Shown here piece after piece: positions 28,099 through 38,045 of a DNA stretch of 64,000 nt. The position numbers and the translations under genes were made by a program. The notes under the pieces were generated by a model. It did not search any database and was not told where the DNA came from. It worked only from the letters and a program-made list of their open reading frames with translations. Where the stretch lies: the IMG/VR virus record IMGVR_UViG_3300042908_001353. One strand, 5' to 3'. The stretch is from an uncultured virus (IMG/VR IMGVR_UViG_3300042908_001353). Taxonomy: Duplodnaviria > Heunggongvirae > Uroviricota > Caudoviricetes. How positions within the stretch are numbered: the first letter of the stretch is position 1; each line of letters starts with the position of its first letter.

Positions 28099-28854
28099 TT
28101 ATAAATTAATATCTAATTGGTTTGCATCAAAATTTTGAAATAAATCAGCATTTGCATTATTTGAATATAAATTCCAACCCGAATGTGGAAATACCTCTGC
28201 CCCTAATTGATAAGATGTGTTATATCTTTCAATCATATTACCATCAAAACTTGATTTCTTATTTGAACTTGATTTTTTGGTAAATGACCTAAATGTAACG
28301 GCATCTGAACGAACCCAAGCATATTGCTTACCAAATTTGCTTTTTAATTTTGAATCTAATTTTACCCTAAACCAACGCATTTTTGGTGTTAAATCATCGT
28401 ATTTTTCAGCAACAATAGTTCCAATTAATTGCCCACCGCCTTCTACTTTACCAAGTATATTATCATTCCACAAATCAGTAATACCTTTTGCATTATTTAC
28501 TGACGCATCTTCTCTCACATTAACATATCCCAAAGCAAATGGGTGTCCTTGTGATGGGTCGTTTGATTTTCTTGCAGGATATAATTTAACACCTTTAATA
28601 TCACCGAAAGCGTTATTTATTCCTTTGTCAATATTTCTAACGGCACTAACTTTACTACCCTCTTTTTGTGATTGAAGTTGTTGTTCGTTTTGTTCTATTT
28701 CCTTAATATTTTCTTTTTCTTTTTGCTCTTTTGCTTCAATTTCGGATTCTTGTTTTTTGGCTTTTTTTACTTGGCGATAAATTAAATAACCAATTCCACC
28801 TGCAACCGCAAGTGAACCAAAAATTGTTAATCCTATTTTAATTCTTCTATCCAT
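28099..28854 (-). CDS. TM-anchored protein with SH3b-like domain
   Basis: VNVREDAS...WFRVK...AWVRSDAV. Confidence 0.7.
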   Translation of the reverse strand: MDRRIKIGLTIFGSLAVAGGIGYLIYRQVKKAKKQESEIEAKEQKEKENIKEIEQNEQQLQSQKEGSKVSAVRNIDKGINNAFGDIKGVKLYPARKSNDPSQGHPFALGYVNVREDASVNNAKGITDLWNDNILGKVEGGGQLIGTIVAEKYDDLTPKMRWFRVKLDSKLKSKFGKQYAWVRSDAVTFRSFTKKSSSNKKSSFDGNMIERYNTSYQLGAEVFPHSGWNLYSNNANADLFQNFDANQLDINL

Positions 28855-29363
28855 TATGCAGGTAAATTGTTTAAGTAATTTAATACTTGCTTGTACGAAC
28901 CTTCACTATCAAAAAAACCTGTTAATTCATCGTTTAAGTCATTTGCTAAATCACCATAATTTTTTGGTGGGTTAGCATAAGCATAAGCAACCTGTGAACC
29001 TTGACCTCTTGTTTTTATTTTGCGTAGAATTGGCATTACACTTTCGTTACCTGTACCCAATTTACCTATCCAAGCATTTAATTCATCGGCAATTTCTCTT
29101 GCTTTTGCCCCCGTAATTAATTTTTTTACATCGGCTTTACCACTTTGCCAAAAAGCAGGATTTAATGCGTCTGTACCTTTTAATTTATCGGATTTACTTA
29201 ATTGTGCTTGTTGCGATTCTTGTGAAGTAGTATCTAATAATTTAGCATAAATATCACGCATTATGCGTTTCTTTTTGAAATGATTAAACACTAAAAAAGT
29301 ACCCACACCAACAAATGTAGCAATACCTAAACCGATAAATATTTTCGCTTTTGTATTTGCCAT
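28854..29363 (-). CDS. TM-anchored protein
   Basis: N-terminal TM plus helical domain. Confidence 0.75.
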   Translation of the reverse strand: MANTKAKIFIGLGIATFVGVGTFLVFNHFKKKRIMRDIYAKLLDTTSQESQQAQLSKSDKLKGTDALNPAFWQSGKADVKKLITGAKAREIADELNAWIGKLGTGNESVMPILRKIKTRGQGSQVAYAYANPPKNYGDLANDLNDELTGFFDSEGSYKQVLNYLNNLPA

Positions 29364-29364
29364 T

Positions 29365-29769
29365 TTATGCTTGTTTAGGTATATTAGGAACTATTACATT
29401 AGGAATTGATGCACTTGGGTTTTGAAGCAATTTTCTTAATATTAAAATAAATATAATTACTCCTATACCCAAACCACCAATAGCGACCCATTTTGCCACA
29501 GAAATACCTTGATTAATAGATGCTTTAACATTGTCAAATGCTTCATTTAACTTTGTAGTATCAATATTTACGCCTTGTGATTTCATATACATCCTTGTTT
29601 TAGATGTATTGGCATCGGCATTTTTTCCACCACGTTTTGCCCAAGCAAATGACCACAAAGAATTAGCGGTTTTCTTACCGAAAACACGCTTTAATTCCTT
29701 ATGCCATTGAATCCAACTCTCCGATGTTGAACTCGCAGTAGGTATATTTTGTGATGGGTCGGCTTTCAT
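29365..29769 (-). CDS. Membrane protein, C-terminal TM
   Basis: WIQWHKELK...; VAIGGLGIGVIIFILIL. Confidence 0.75.
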   Translation of the reverse strand: MKADPSQNIPTASSTSESWIQWHKELKRVFGKKTANSLWSFAWAKRGGKNADANTSKTRMYMKSQGVNIDTTKLNEAFDNVKASINQGISVAKWVAIGGLGIGVIIFILILRKLLQNPSASIPNVIVPNIPKQA

Positions 29770-29771
29770 TT

Positions 29772-30116
29772 TTATTCAAAGTCCAAATCTAAACCATCAG
29801 CACTAACGTCATAAACTCCATCCGCATCCGTTTCGTTTACTTGTCCAACAGGCATCATTTGATTAATTGTTGGATTCCATTGAAAACGTGGTTGTACGGT
29901 TTGGTCAAAAGAAGATTGTTCTTCACCTGTTTCATCGGTTTTAGTGCTTACGGGTGCAGGAACATTTGCTTTATTCATTCTTTGATTAATGTAATATCCT
30001 GCTACACCCCCAACTAACGCACCAACGATGGCTAATTTCCAATTTTTCTTTGCTACAAAGTATGTAACACCACCTGCTACTACTCCGCTAATTATTGTTA
30101 CTTTATCTATTTTCAT
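29772..30116 (-). CDS. Two-TM membrane protein
   Basis: Gly-zipper hairpin; ends VSADGLDLDFE. Confidence 0.75.
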   Translation of the reverse strand: MKIDKVTIISGVVAGGVTYFVAKKNWKLAIVGALVGGVAGYYINQRMNKANVPAPVSTKTDETGEEQSSFDQTVQPRFQWNPTINQMMPVGQVNETDADGVYDVSADGLDLDFE

Positions 30117-30130
30117 TTTTATTTTTTTTA

Positions 30131-31117
30131 TTAAACTAAACCTTCGGAAACTAATGTTTCGGTATAATTATTATTTCTACCATCTTCACGCTTACCTGCA
30201 AATTGTCTTGCCCCTTGACGATTTATAACTTGTTGTGAAAATTGATTTTGACGAGCATTGGTAATATCAGATTTTACGCTTACAGGTGCATTACTAACGG
30301 CTTCACGAACATCTTTTGATGCACGTTCACGCAATTTTTTTGCTACCATTTCCGAACAACCTTCGTATTTTGCCTTTTGCTCTGCTGAATAGCGTACATT
30401 AGGTTTCAATTTACCACATACTTTGTTACGAGCCGTTTCATACGCATCTTTGTCAAGTCCTGTTTTGTCAAAGAAATCCTTACGCAATTTTTTACGTTTT
30501 TCTTTACGCATTTGCCATTTTTCATTCCAAGAAGCATCTTTTTTAGCAATTTTAATATCATTTAATTTTTTGCTAATTTTTTTGTTAATGACTTCAATAA
30601 TTCGTGGGTTTGTAATATTCATTCCCTTAATTACTTTGTTCATATCACCTCTTGAATCGGGATTTTCTTTACAGAACTTCACAATTTGATATGCCAACTC
30701 TAATTCTTGGTCGGTCATATTTTTCAACGTGCTTTCTGCATTTGCAACTGCGTTAGGAACATTTGTTTTCAAATCTCCATCGGCAGAATAAAACACGCTT
30801 TCGTAATATGTAGGTTCTTGTCCTTCGGTTATAGTTCCTATTGGCCAAAATTTACCCAATTTAGGATTCCAAACAAATCTTGTACCTTCCATACCCGACA
30901 TTGTTTCGCTTTGAGAAGCCATAGCATTATCTAAAATGTATTCTTCTTTTTCAGAACGAGTTTGTGGGTCATTGGCTGATGCGGTAGGCATAGAAGCCAT
31001 ATCTTTTTCCGAAACACCTGTTGGCGTTTGTTTTTTCGGCATCATATATCTACGATACACATAAGCCAAACCAACACCTACGCCTACGGCAATAAGTATT
31101 TTTTGTGTTCTATTCAT
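30131..31117 (-). CDS. TM-anchored protein
   Basis: N-terminal TM; MSGMEG and FYSADG motifs. Confidence 0.8.
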   Translation of the reverse strand: MNRTQKILIAVGVGVGLAYVYRRYMMPKKQTPTGVSEKDMASMPTASANDPQTRSEKEEYILDNAMASQSETMSGMEGTRFVWNPKLGKFWPIGTITEGQEPTYYESVFYSADGDLKTNVPNAVANAESTLKNMTDQELELAYQIVKFCKENPDSRGDMNKVIKGMNITNPRIIEVINKKISKKLNDIKIAKKDASWNEKWQMRKEKRKKLRKDFFDKTGLDKDAYETARNKVCGKLKPNVRYSAEQKAKYEGCSEMVAKKLRERASKDVREAVSNAPVSVKSDITNARQNQFSQQVINRQGARQFAGKREDGRNNNYTETLVSEGLV

Positions 31118-31145
31118 TTTTTATTTTTTTAATTTTTGTAATGGA

Positions 31146-31568
31146 TTAAGCCATTTTTTTTGATGCTCTCCTTGCTTTCATTGGTGCAGAAGATTTTTTT
31201 GTAGAACCTTTTGGGCGACCTACTTTACCTTTTGTTGCCATTACAGGTGCAGTTGCCATTTTGCGTGGGCGACCTGCTTTACGTTTTGTAGGTGCAGTTG
31301 TAGTTGTTACTACTATAACTTCTTCTCTCATTTTGCGTGGACGACCTACACTACGTTTTGTAGCCATTACAGGTGCAGTTGCTTTTGATTTGTTTTTAGA
31401 ACCTTTTGGGCGACCTGCCTTACGCTTCGTTGAAGTTGTAGTTGCTTTTGCACCACGCTTACGTTTTACTAATTTGTAACCACCTGTTAATCGGTCTGTT
31501 ACCAAAATGTTTCCACAACCATCTACTAATCTTGAACGGTCTGTCGAATGTTTAACTCTTTTAGCCAT
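31146..31568 (-). CDS. Highly basic AT-hook-like (GRP repeat) DNA-condensing protein
   Basis: KRKAGRPKG, SVGRPRK, KAGRPRK, KVGRPKG. Confidence 0.75.
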   Translation of the reverse strand: MAKRVKHSTDRSRLVDGCGNILVTDRLTGGYKLVKRKRGAKATTTSTKRKAGRPKGSKNKSKATAPVMATKRSVGRPRKMREEVIVVTTTTAPTKRKAGRPRKMATAPVMATKGKVGRPKGSTKKSSAPMKARRASKKMA

Positions 31569-31606
31569 TGTTTTTTGTTTTTTATGTTAATACTAATTTT
31601 TACTAA

Positions 31607-31729
31607 TTAAATTCCCCAATTTTTTTTCAAGTCCTCACGAATTGCTTTGCCTTGTGTATAACCTATTACACCCACAACTAAAATTAGCGTGGCAAATATG
31701 GAAACATTAACAATTTGATTCGTATTCAT
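31607..31729 (-). CDS. Small membrane protein, 40 aa (not in ORF track)
   Basis: MNTNQIVNVSIFATLILVVGVIGYTQGKAIREDLKKNWGI. Confidence 0.55.
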   Translation of the reverse strand: MNTNQIVNVSIFATLILVVGVIGYTQGKAIREDLKKNWGI

Positions 31730-31861
31730 ACAAATAACTTTTTTTTATTAAAATTGGTTTGAATTTTATTTTGAACAAAACAACGATTAAACCCTTTGTG
31801 TTAAGAGTTTTATGCGAAAATGTATCGCTGTTTAATACAAGAAAAATACTTTGTTCAATGT

Positions 31862-31891
31862 CAAAAATAATACATTTTTAATTAAAACAAA
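31862..31891 (-). promoter_or_regulatory. Bacteroidota-type promoter
   Basis: TTTG-N18-TATTTTTG on - strand in an AT-rich gap. Confidence 0.55.
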
Positions 31892-31926
31892 TAAATTCTA
31901 AAAAAAATATTAAAAAAAATCAAAAA

Positions 31927-33423
31927 TTATATTTGTGAAAACGCTTTTATGTAATCTTTTAATTGTTTTTTCGGTTCAAATAAATGTGGATAAAACTCTA
32001 TTGTTCCACGATTTAACTGACTAAAATAAATATCAAAAGTTACTTGCGAATATGGGTTCAAAACATAATTACTTAAATAGGTTCTACCATCCATAATTAA
32101 ATTCTTAAATGGCAATAAAACTATATTTTGTGATTCCCAAACATCTATTCTTGAAATTGGCAAATTAGCATACGTTTTTGATTGTCCTGTTGCACTAATT
32201 TGCACCATTTCCATTGTATTGTAAAATGGCTTTTGTGCTTCTATTGAAGAATTAATTGTGGACATTCTAATATATTCCACTTTAATTGGCTCGTAGGCAA
32301 GGTTTTGAATAAAAAAATTGTAATCTACCGAACCTGTTACAAAGTATGGATTTTGTGGAGTATTTACTGAATTGTAGCCATATAAATTATTTGAATTTGA
32401 ACCTGCAATATAAAGTATAGCACTATCGGGATTAATTATTATTCCATTTAATCCAACAATACCCGATTGAATTAAAATTGTTTGAACAAAACTATTGGTA
32501 TTGCAGTCAAAAATGGAGTATTGTTCATCATTTCCATTACTTGTAATAAATAATTCATTGGTAAGATTATTTAATACTAAATCGTAAGGTAACAAAGGTT
32601 GTGTATTAGGAATTAATGCCACATCAAATAAAAGTGTATTTGTATTTGGATTACATACCGAAACACTACTTGTTCCATAATTTGCTACATAAATTAAATT
32701 GTTATTTTGATTATAAACAATACTTGCAGGTGCAGAGGCAGGATTTAATGCAATTATAGTTGGTAAAAGTAAATTATTTGAACAATTTATGATAAAAATA
32801 TTATCGCTACCACTATTGGTAACATACGCTAAATTATTATCCGTATTTATTGATATTCCAAAAGCGGTATTAAATCCTAATATATTTGCTTCTATTGTAT
32901 TTGTAACTACATTAATCACAAAAACACTTAATGCACCTACGCCATATAAAAAATTATTATTTGGATTAAATGCCATTCCAAAACCTATATCAGCACCTAA
33001 AATAGTTGCAACCAAAGTATTTGATGAACAATCAATTACAAAAGTATTGCTTGAAATTGAACTTGAAACATAAATTGTATTAGTTAAAGGAACATAAATA
33101 ATACCTGCTTGTGGCTCTCCTATATTAATTGTTGTAATTGTTGAATTAGTAGCAATCGAATAAACTACAACATTATTTGTGTTTGTAGCAATATAAAGCG
33201 TGTAATTATTTGTATTTAATGCTGAATTAATATTTTTACCACCACTATTAAATGTTGAAACACCGCTATTAGCAGGTAAATAATTTGGTGATGTTGGAGT
33301 GTTTACTAACGTAAAATTATCCCCAATATCTACGGCAATAGGGGAAGCCGAATAATTATTCAATGTGAATTGAACAAGATTCGCATATTTATTTTTCGGT
33401 ATGTGTAAATCATCTTTTAACAT
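31927..33423 (-). CDS. Capsid-protein paralog with inserted YVTN/YncE-like beta-propeller
   Basis: LAYVTNSGSDNIFII and IYVANYGTSSVSV blades; flanks align with ORF 39041; ATG 33423. Confidence 0.7.
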   Translation of the reverse strand: MLKDDLHIPKNKYANLVQFTLNNYSASPIAVDIGDNFTLVNTPTSPNYLPANSGVSTFNSGGKNINSALNTNNYTLYIATNTNNVVVYSIATNSTITTINIGEPQAGIIYVPLTNTIYVSSSISSNTFVIDCSSNTLVATILGADIGFGMAFNPNNNFLYGVGALSVFVINVVTNTIEANILGFNTAFGISINTDNNLAYVTNSGSDNIFIINCSNNLLLPTIIALNPASAPASIVYNQNNNLIYVANYGTSSVSVCNPNTNTLLFDVALIPNTQPLLPYDLVLNNLTNELFITSNGNDEQYSIFDCNTNSFVQTILIQSGIVGLNGIIINPDSAILYIAGSNSNNLYGYNSVNTPQNPYFVTGSVDYNFFIQNLAYEPIKVEYIRMSTINSSIEAQKPFYNTMEMVQISATGQSKTYANLPISRIDVWESQNIVLLPFKNLIMDGRTYLSNYVLNPYSQVTFDIYFSQLNRGTIEFYPHLFEPKKQLKDYIKAFSQI

Positions 33424-34219
33424 TAGATACCTCGCCCCTATCGTATTTATCAATAAAATCTTTTATTATTTTATATCTCTTATGATTCGCTTCATTGTTA
33501 GCGGTTTTAAAGACATATAAAAATGATTTATGTGCTTCGTATGGCGACCATCCTTTTCCTAAATATACATATAACGCTTGAATATCCGCACCTGTTTCGT
33601 AATTGATTGGTTTATCAATTTTAGGGTTCAAATATTTGTGTGCAAATTCGTGCATTAAAATAATTAACCGCATAGGAACGGTATATTGCATAAATTTTGT
33701 TTTGCTAACTTCAATAATACCCGAATTATGTCCAATTCGTGCAGGTGTAGTTAATTTCTTTTTGGTTGAATGGTCTTTTAGTGTATTGTAATAATCTATC
33801 GTGAATTTATTATCATCACTACGATAAATATGTGGTTTATCATCTCCTGCCGATAATATACTTGCATTTTGAGAAAATTCAACGGCAAATTTGTAGAAAT
33901 TTTGAGTGTCCTTATTCCACCAAACATCGTATTCTTTTAATTTTTCGACTTTCATATCTACTATCTTAAAAGAACTATCTTCACCAAAAGGCATATTACC
34001 ATTTACAACATTGTAAACTGCTATTTTTAATTTTTTAGGTGATACAGGAAATTTTAATTCAAAAGTTCGTGTACCTTGTAAAACACCACTTCTATCCACA
34101 TACTTTGTAGCAGGTTTATTCGGGTCAATAGCAACTATCCTAACATTAATTCTTTCTTTTGCTTGAATAGTTATATTTAACTGAAACGGATGATAATTTG
34201 ATGGTATTTCAATAACCAT
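33410..34219 (-). CDS. Zincin metallopeptidase, candidate maturation protease
   Basis: IILMHEFAHKY...YETGADIQAL (HExxH plus distal E..AD). Confidence 0.75.
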   Translation of the reverse strand: MVIEIPSNYHPFQLNITIQAKERINVRIVAIDPNKPATKYVDRSGVLQGTRTFELKFPVSPKKLKIAVYNVVNGNMPFGEDSSFKIVDMKVEKLKEYDVWWNKDTQNFYKFAVEFSQNASILSAGDDKPHIYRSDDNKFTIDYYNTLKDHSTKKKLTTPARIGHNSGIIEVSKTKFMQYTVPMRLIILMHEFAHKYLNPKIDKPINYETGADIQALYVYLGKGWSPYEAHKSFLYVFKTANNEANHKRYKIIKDFIDKYDRGEVSNVKR

Positions 34220-34225
34220 AATTTT

Positions 34226-35779
34226 TTACTTTCTTTTGAATAAATAGTAAAGTGCAACAACTCCTGCAACACCAATTCCTAATGCTAAATACTTATTAAG
34301 TCCAAAAATTCTATCGTCTAATTTTCCTGTTTGTGGATTAATTTTTTCTCCTGTTTTTGGGTCAATCCATTCTCCTTTTTGGTTTAATGCAGGGGCATTT
34401 GGGTCTAATGGTGGATTTTCAACTGAACCATCATTTAATCCTTGCTGAAAGTCAGCAGGTGTTTTTCCATCTTTATAAGGGTTTTTATCTACTATTTTTC
34501 CTACAAGACCAATTAAAGAAGTTAATACACCTGTACCTGCCGTAATCAGTGCCGCTTCTCCTAAACCTGTTAAATTTGAAGTTTTTTCAACATTTTCAAC
34601 ATTTGCTACATTTTCTGTACTTTTTATTTCTTCTGATTTTTTTGGCTTCTTTTTATACCCTTTCAGTATTGCTTCTTTTAATTTTTCGGGTTTTCCGCCT
34701 AAATTTTTCCACGCCCTTTGTGTCTTAATCCACCCATTTTTTGCTTTTTGGATAGATTCGGGTTTGAATAAATTTTGTGCTTCTGCATCGGGTAATAAAG
34801 CAGGTGCTAATCGTGTAGCATAGCCAAATGCGTTCATTTGAATCAACAACAAAGCACCCCCCCTACCTAATGCAGTAATAGGTGTAAATCGTGTAGCAAA
34901 TCTAACGGCTTTTCGACCAAAACCTGCATTTTCATCTATTGCTTGTTTTTTTTCTTCCTTTTCTTGTTCAACACACCGAGTATATTCAAGGTTTGTTAAT
35001 TCACCACGATTTCTTTTGTCTTTACAGGCACGTTTATCTTTACGAAAATCTTTTCTTGCATCTCCACGTTTATCACGTTTTTCTTTATTTGATGAATCAC
35101 CATCTGCTGAACTATAATTATCTCCGTAATAAATTTTATTTAACGCTTGATTAATAGTTTCATATTCACCTTCTACATTGTCATATTCTTCAACCACATA
35201 ATCACGAACTTCTTTTGTTAATTTTCGTGCATCGGAATTTTTATTATTCAAATTGGCTAAATCCTGCATTGAAAAACCACCCATAATATCCATACCTAAA
35301 TCTGCATCACCATCGGCATTTGCATAAGTGTTGGCATCAAAAGGTGTTGTGGGAAAATATCGGTTTAAAGCAGGATTCCAAGTCATTCCATAAAAAGAAC
35401 TCATTACTTCACGATGTTCTTTGTTAGCAACAATTTCACGTTTAGGTGTAGGAAAACCTGCATCAGCGTTTGATTCAAAACCTTTGTGATATGTTAAATA
35501 ATTATTTTCTTTATCACTTGATACCACCATATTCATAGGGCAATAATAACCCATAGGTGAAAATATATCGGACATTCTTAAATTTCTTGATTTAAGAAAG
35601 TCGGATAAACTCATTTTTTTATTTGGTGGTAAATTTTGGAAAGCATCTAATACTTTAATTCGATTTTCCAATTTTTTAAGTTTCATTTCGCACATTTTTT
35701 TTCTTCGTTTCATTTCACGAACTAAAAGTGCTACTTTTTCATTATTACGACTTTTTACAGGTGCTAATGTTGTTTCCAT
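34226..35779 (-). CDS. Large virion membrane protein, C-terminal TM
   Basis: Multiple SNADA/YANADG/YSSADG/SNLTG motifs; amphipathic segments. Confidence 0.8.
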   Translation of the reverse strand: METTLAPVKSRNNEKVALLVREMKRRKKMCEMKLKKLENRIKVLDAFQNLPPNKKMSLSDFLKSRNLRMSDIFSPMGYYCPMNMVVSSDKENNYLTYHKGFESNADAGFPTPKREIVANKEHREVMSSFYGMTWNPALNRYFPTTPFDANTYANADGDADLGMDIMGGFSMQDLANLNNKNSDARKLTKEVRDYVVEEYDNVEGEYETINQALNKIYYGDNYSSADGDSSNKEKRDKRGDARKDFRKDKRACKDKRNRGELTNLEYTRCVEQEKEEKKQAIDENAGFGRKAVRFATRFTPITALGRGGALLLIQMNAFGYATRLAPALLPDAEAQNLFKPESIQKAKNGWIKTQRAWKNLGGKPEKLKEAILKGYKKKPKKSEEIKSTENVANVENVEKTSNLTGLGEAALITAGTGVLTSLIGLVGKIVDKNPYKDGKTPADFQQGLNDGSVENPPLDPNAPALNQKGEWIDPKTGEKINPQTGKLDDRIFGLNKYLALGIGVAGVVALYYLFKRK

Positions 35780-35780
35780 A

Positions 35781-36146
35781 TTATTTCCCTTTTAATTTGA
35801 CCACCGCTACTACTCCACCAATAATTACCACAAATGAAATTCCAATCGCAACGAGTGGATTTAATCCAAAAATTGTGGTTCTCTTACCTTGCTCTTGCTT
35901 TTCTTTTTCAAGTCGTGCTTGTCGTTGGGCAGGTGTTTCATAGGATGATAACCCTTTGAATAAGTTTGTATATTTATCTAATTGTGTTGTCCAATTAGGT
36001 TTTTTAGTAGTTGTTTTTTTTTCTTTTTCAGTTGGTTTTTCTTCTGTAACAGGTTTATTTTCTGTTTCAGTATCTCCATTTGCATTTAGGTAAAGCAAAT
36101 CGTTTTCTACACCATTAAAATTAATATCAATATCAAAATCTTCCAT
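35781..36146 (-). CDS. C-terminally anchored membrane protein
   Basis: Acidic leader ending YLNANG; C-terminal TM. Confidence 0.75.
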   Translation of the reverse strand: MEDFDIDINFNGVENDLLYLNANGDTETENKPVTEEKPTEKEKKTTTKKPNWTTQLDKYTNLFKGLSSYETPAQRQARLEKEKQEQGKRTTIFGLNPLVAIGISFVVIIGGVVAVVKLKGK

Positions 36147-36679
36147 TATGTCGGATTTACTACGTTATTACCTTTTTTTGCTATGTATATTTTATGTGCT
36201 ACATAACCACCTAATGCTACTCCTAAAATAGAAAATAGCCAAATATTTTTTTTGAAATATAAAGCACTTAAAATACCACCTGCTAATCCTAACAAAGCAC
36301 CATTTTTGTATGCTTTACTTTCTTTTTTAACTTCTTCGGCTCTTTTACCTTCGATTGTACTTTTAATACTAAATCCTGCTTCGTCTAATTTTTCTCTTTC
36401 CTTATCACTTAATAGTACCGATTGTGCTTTTATTCTATCTATCGTTTCATCAAAATTACTATCTTTTTTTAGATAGGGCATTTTATCCGTTTTTGTAACA
36501 TATTCAATCGGAAATATGTACCTATCTTCAACTAAAATGTAATCTTTTTTATAGTATTCACCTATTAATATATCTCCTTCTTCAAAGTATTCGGTAATTG
36601 GTTTTCCAAGCAATTCCGATTTTTTAATATCGGGTGCTTCAAAGGAATAATTCAATTCATAAATACCTTTTCTTGCCAT
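36146..36679 (-). CDS. Membrane protein with C-terminal TM hairpin
   Basis: GALLGLAGGILSALYF...ILGVALGGYV. Confidence 0.75.
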   Translation of the reverse strand: MARKGIYELNYSFEAPDIKKSELLGKPITEYFEEGDILIGEYYKKDYILVEDRYIFPIEYVTKTDKMPYLKKDSNFDETIDRIKAQSVLLSDKEREKLDEAGFSIKSTIEGKRAEEVKKESKAYKNGALLGLAGGILSALYFKKNIWLFSILGVALGGYVAHKIYIAKKGNNVVNPT

Positions 36680-37245
36680 TAAATTTTACCTGTTTTTTTC
36701 AAGTAAATAAAGCCACCAATCAAACCTAAAACAATAACTCCTGCAATAATATATTTAGTAGTATTGCTTTTCGGTTTTTCATCTTCTATTTGACCACTTT
36801 TTTTACCGCCCGTATCTCCACCACTTGTATCTCCACCACCGCTTAAACTTGCCATATAATTTTGAACACATTGGTCGTATGTTGCACGATTTTTTTTGCG
36901 TAATGGTTTTCTACCACAAACCGCCTTAATGTTTTGTTGTTGTTGTGTTTGAAAACTTTTTACTGCACCTGCAACCGCTTGACCTGTTTGAATAGCATCT
37001 TTACCAATCGAAGCATATTGTTTAAATTTTTCTTCTCTGTCGGCTTTTTCTTTTGCTATTTCTTCTTGTGTTTTTCCCGATTTATCGTCTTTACCATCTT
37101 TATTTTCATCGGTAAAACCCAAAAATACATCAAATGAATTTTTTTCATCGGGGTATTGCATTAAAGTTCTATCCCAACCCAATATTTTAGCACCTTCTGA
37201 ATTGTGATAAACTTCAAAAGAATTATCGTTAATTAAATTTTCCAT
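36679..37245 (-). CDS. C-terminally anchored membrane protein
   Basis: CGRKPLRKKNRATYDQC motif; C-terminal TM. Confidence 0.75.
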   Translation of the reverse strand: MENLINDNSFEVYHNSEGAKILGWDRTLMQYPDEKNSFDVFLGFTDENKDGKDDKSGKTQEEIAKEKADREEKFKQYASIGKDAIQTGQAVAGAVKSFQTQQQQNIKAVCGRKPLRKKNRATYDQCVQNYMASLSGGGDTSGGDTGGKKSGQIEDEKPKSNTTKYIIAGVIVLGLIGGFIYLKKTGKI

Positions 37246-37260
37246 ATCTATTTTTTTTAG

Positions 37261-37377
37261 TTATTTACTTTCTTCCGTTTTAGGATTTTTTCTTCCTACG
37301 GAACGACCTATAAAAAATGCACCTACACCTACTCCTACGATAAGTACACTTGAAATAATAATTGCTGTTCTTGACAT
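37261..37377 (-). CDS. Small membrane protein, 38 aa (not in ORF track)
   Basis: MSRTAIIISSVLIVGVGVGAFFIGRSVGRKNPKTEESK. Confidence 0.65.
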   Translation of the reverse strand: MSRTAIIISSVLIVGVGVGAFFIGRSVGRKNPKTEESK

Positions 37378-37392
37378 ATCTTTTATTTTAAA

Positions 37393-38040
37393 TTAAACAC
37401 TTGCTTTTTTACCAAATAACCCTTTTTTGTAAGCAACAATTCCACCTACAATCGCTACAACGACTACAACACCAATAATAATGTTTCTTCTTCTTTTTTT
37501 CTTGGCTTTTGCTTCGGCTTCTTGTTGGTTTTGTTGTTGTTGTTCTAACGCATTTTCTTCGGGTGATTTAGAATTAGTTTGGCTTTCCATATTTTCCTGC
37601 AATTTACTTGCATTGGTATTATTCAACGTATTCGCTATAACTTGAATGGAATTAGCCAAAGAAGATACAACGTCTGCCGTTTGTTTTATATCTCTTTTTG
37701 GTTTTTCTTTTTTCCCGTCTTGACCACTAAAACTATCATCTCGTTGTTTCTTAACTTCATTTTGCAAAAGATTATTTCTTTCCGCAATTAAATAAGCAAG
37801 ACCAATTTGTAGTTTCTTGTTGCTTTTTAGATTATTTACAATTAGAATAGTTAATTCCTTGTTGGTAGGGTTAGCACTCGTTTTAATTCCTACTTTTTTA
37901 AACAAGTCCAAAAGACCTGCCTTATTAAAAGCAACAACCGATGATATTTGGTCAATAAACATTTCTTTGATAGCCATTTCATCGTTTGCTTTAACCATCG
38001 AATTAAAATTAGAATAAAAGTCGTTTTCTAAATAAATCAT
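37393..38040 (-). CDS. C-terminally anchored membrane protein
   Basis: KKKRRRNIIIGVVVVVAIVGG. Confidence 0.75.
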   Translation of the reverse strand: MIYLENDFYSNFNSMVKANDEMAIKEMFIDQISSVVAFNKAGLLDLFKKVGIKTSANPTNKELTILIVNNLKSNKKLQIGLAYLIAERNNLLQNEVKKQRDDSFSGQDGKKEKPKRDIKQTADVVSSLANSIQVIANTLNNTNASKLQENMESQTNSKSPEENALEQQQQNQQEAEAKAKKKRRRNIIIGVVVVVAIVGGIVAYKKGLFGKKASV

Positions 38041-38045
38041 ATCTT

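Noticed and set aside
19011..33423. Diversity-generating retroelement targeting spike or propeller genes
   Set aside because: No reverse transcriptase, and the duplicated segments do not show adenine-specific mismatches
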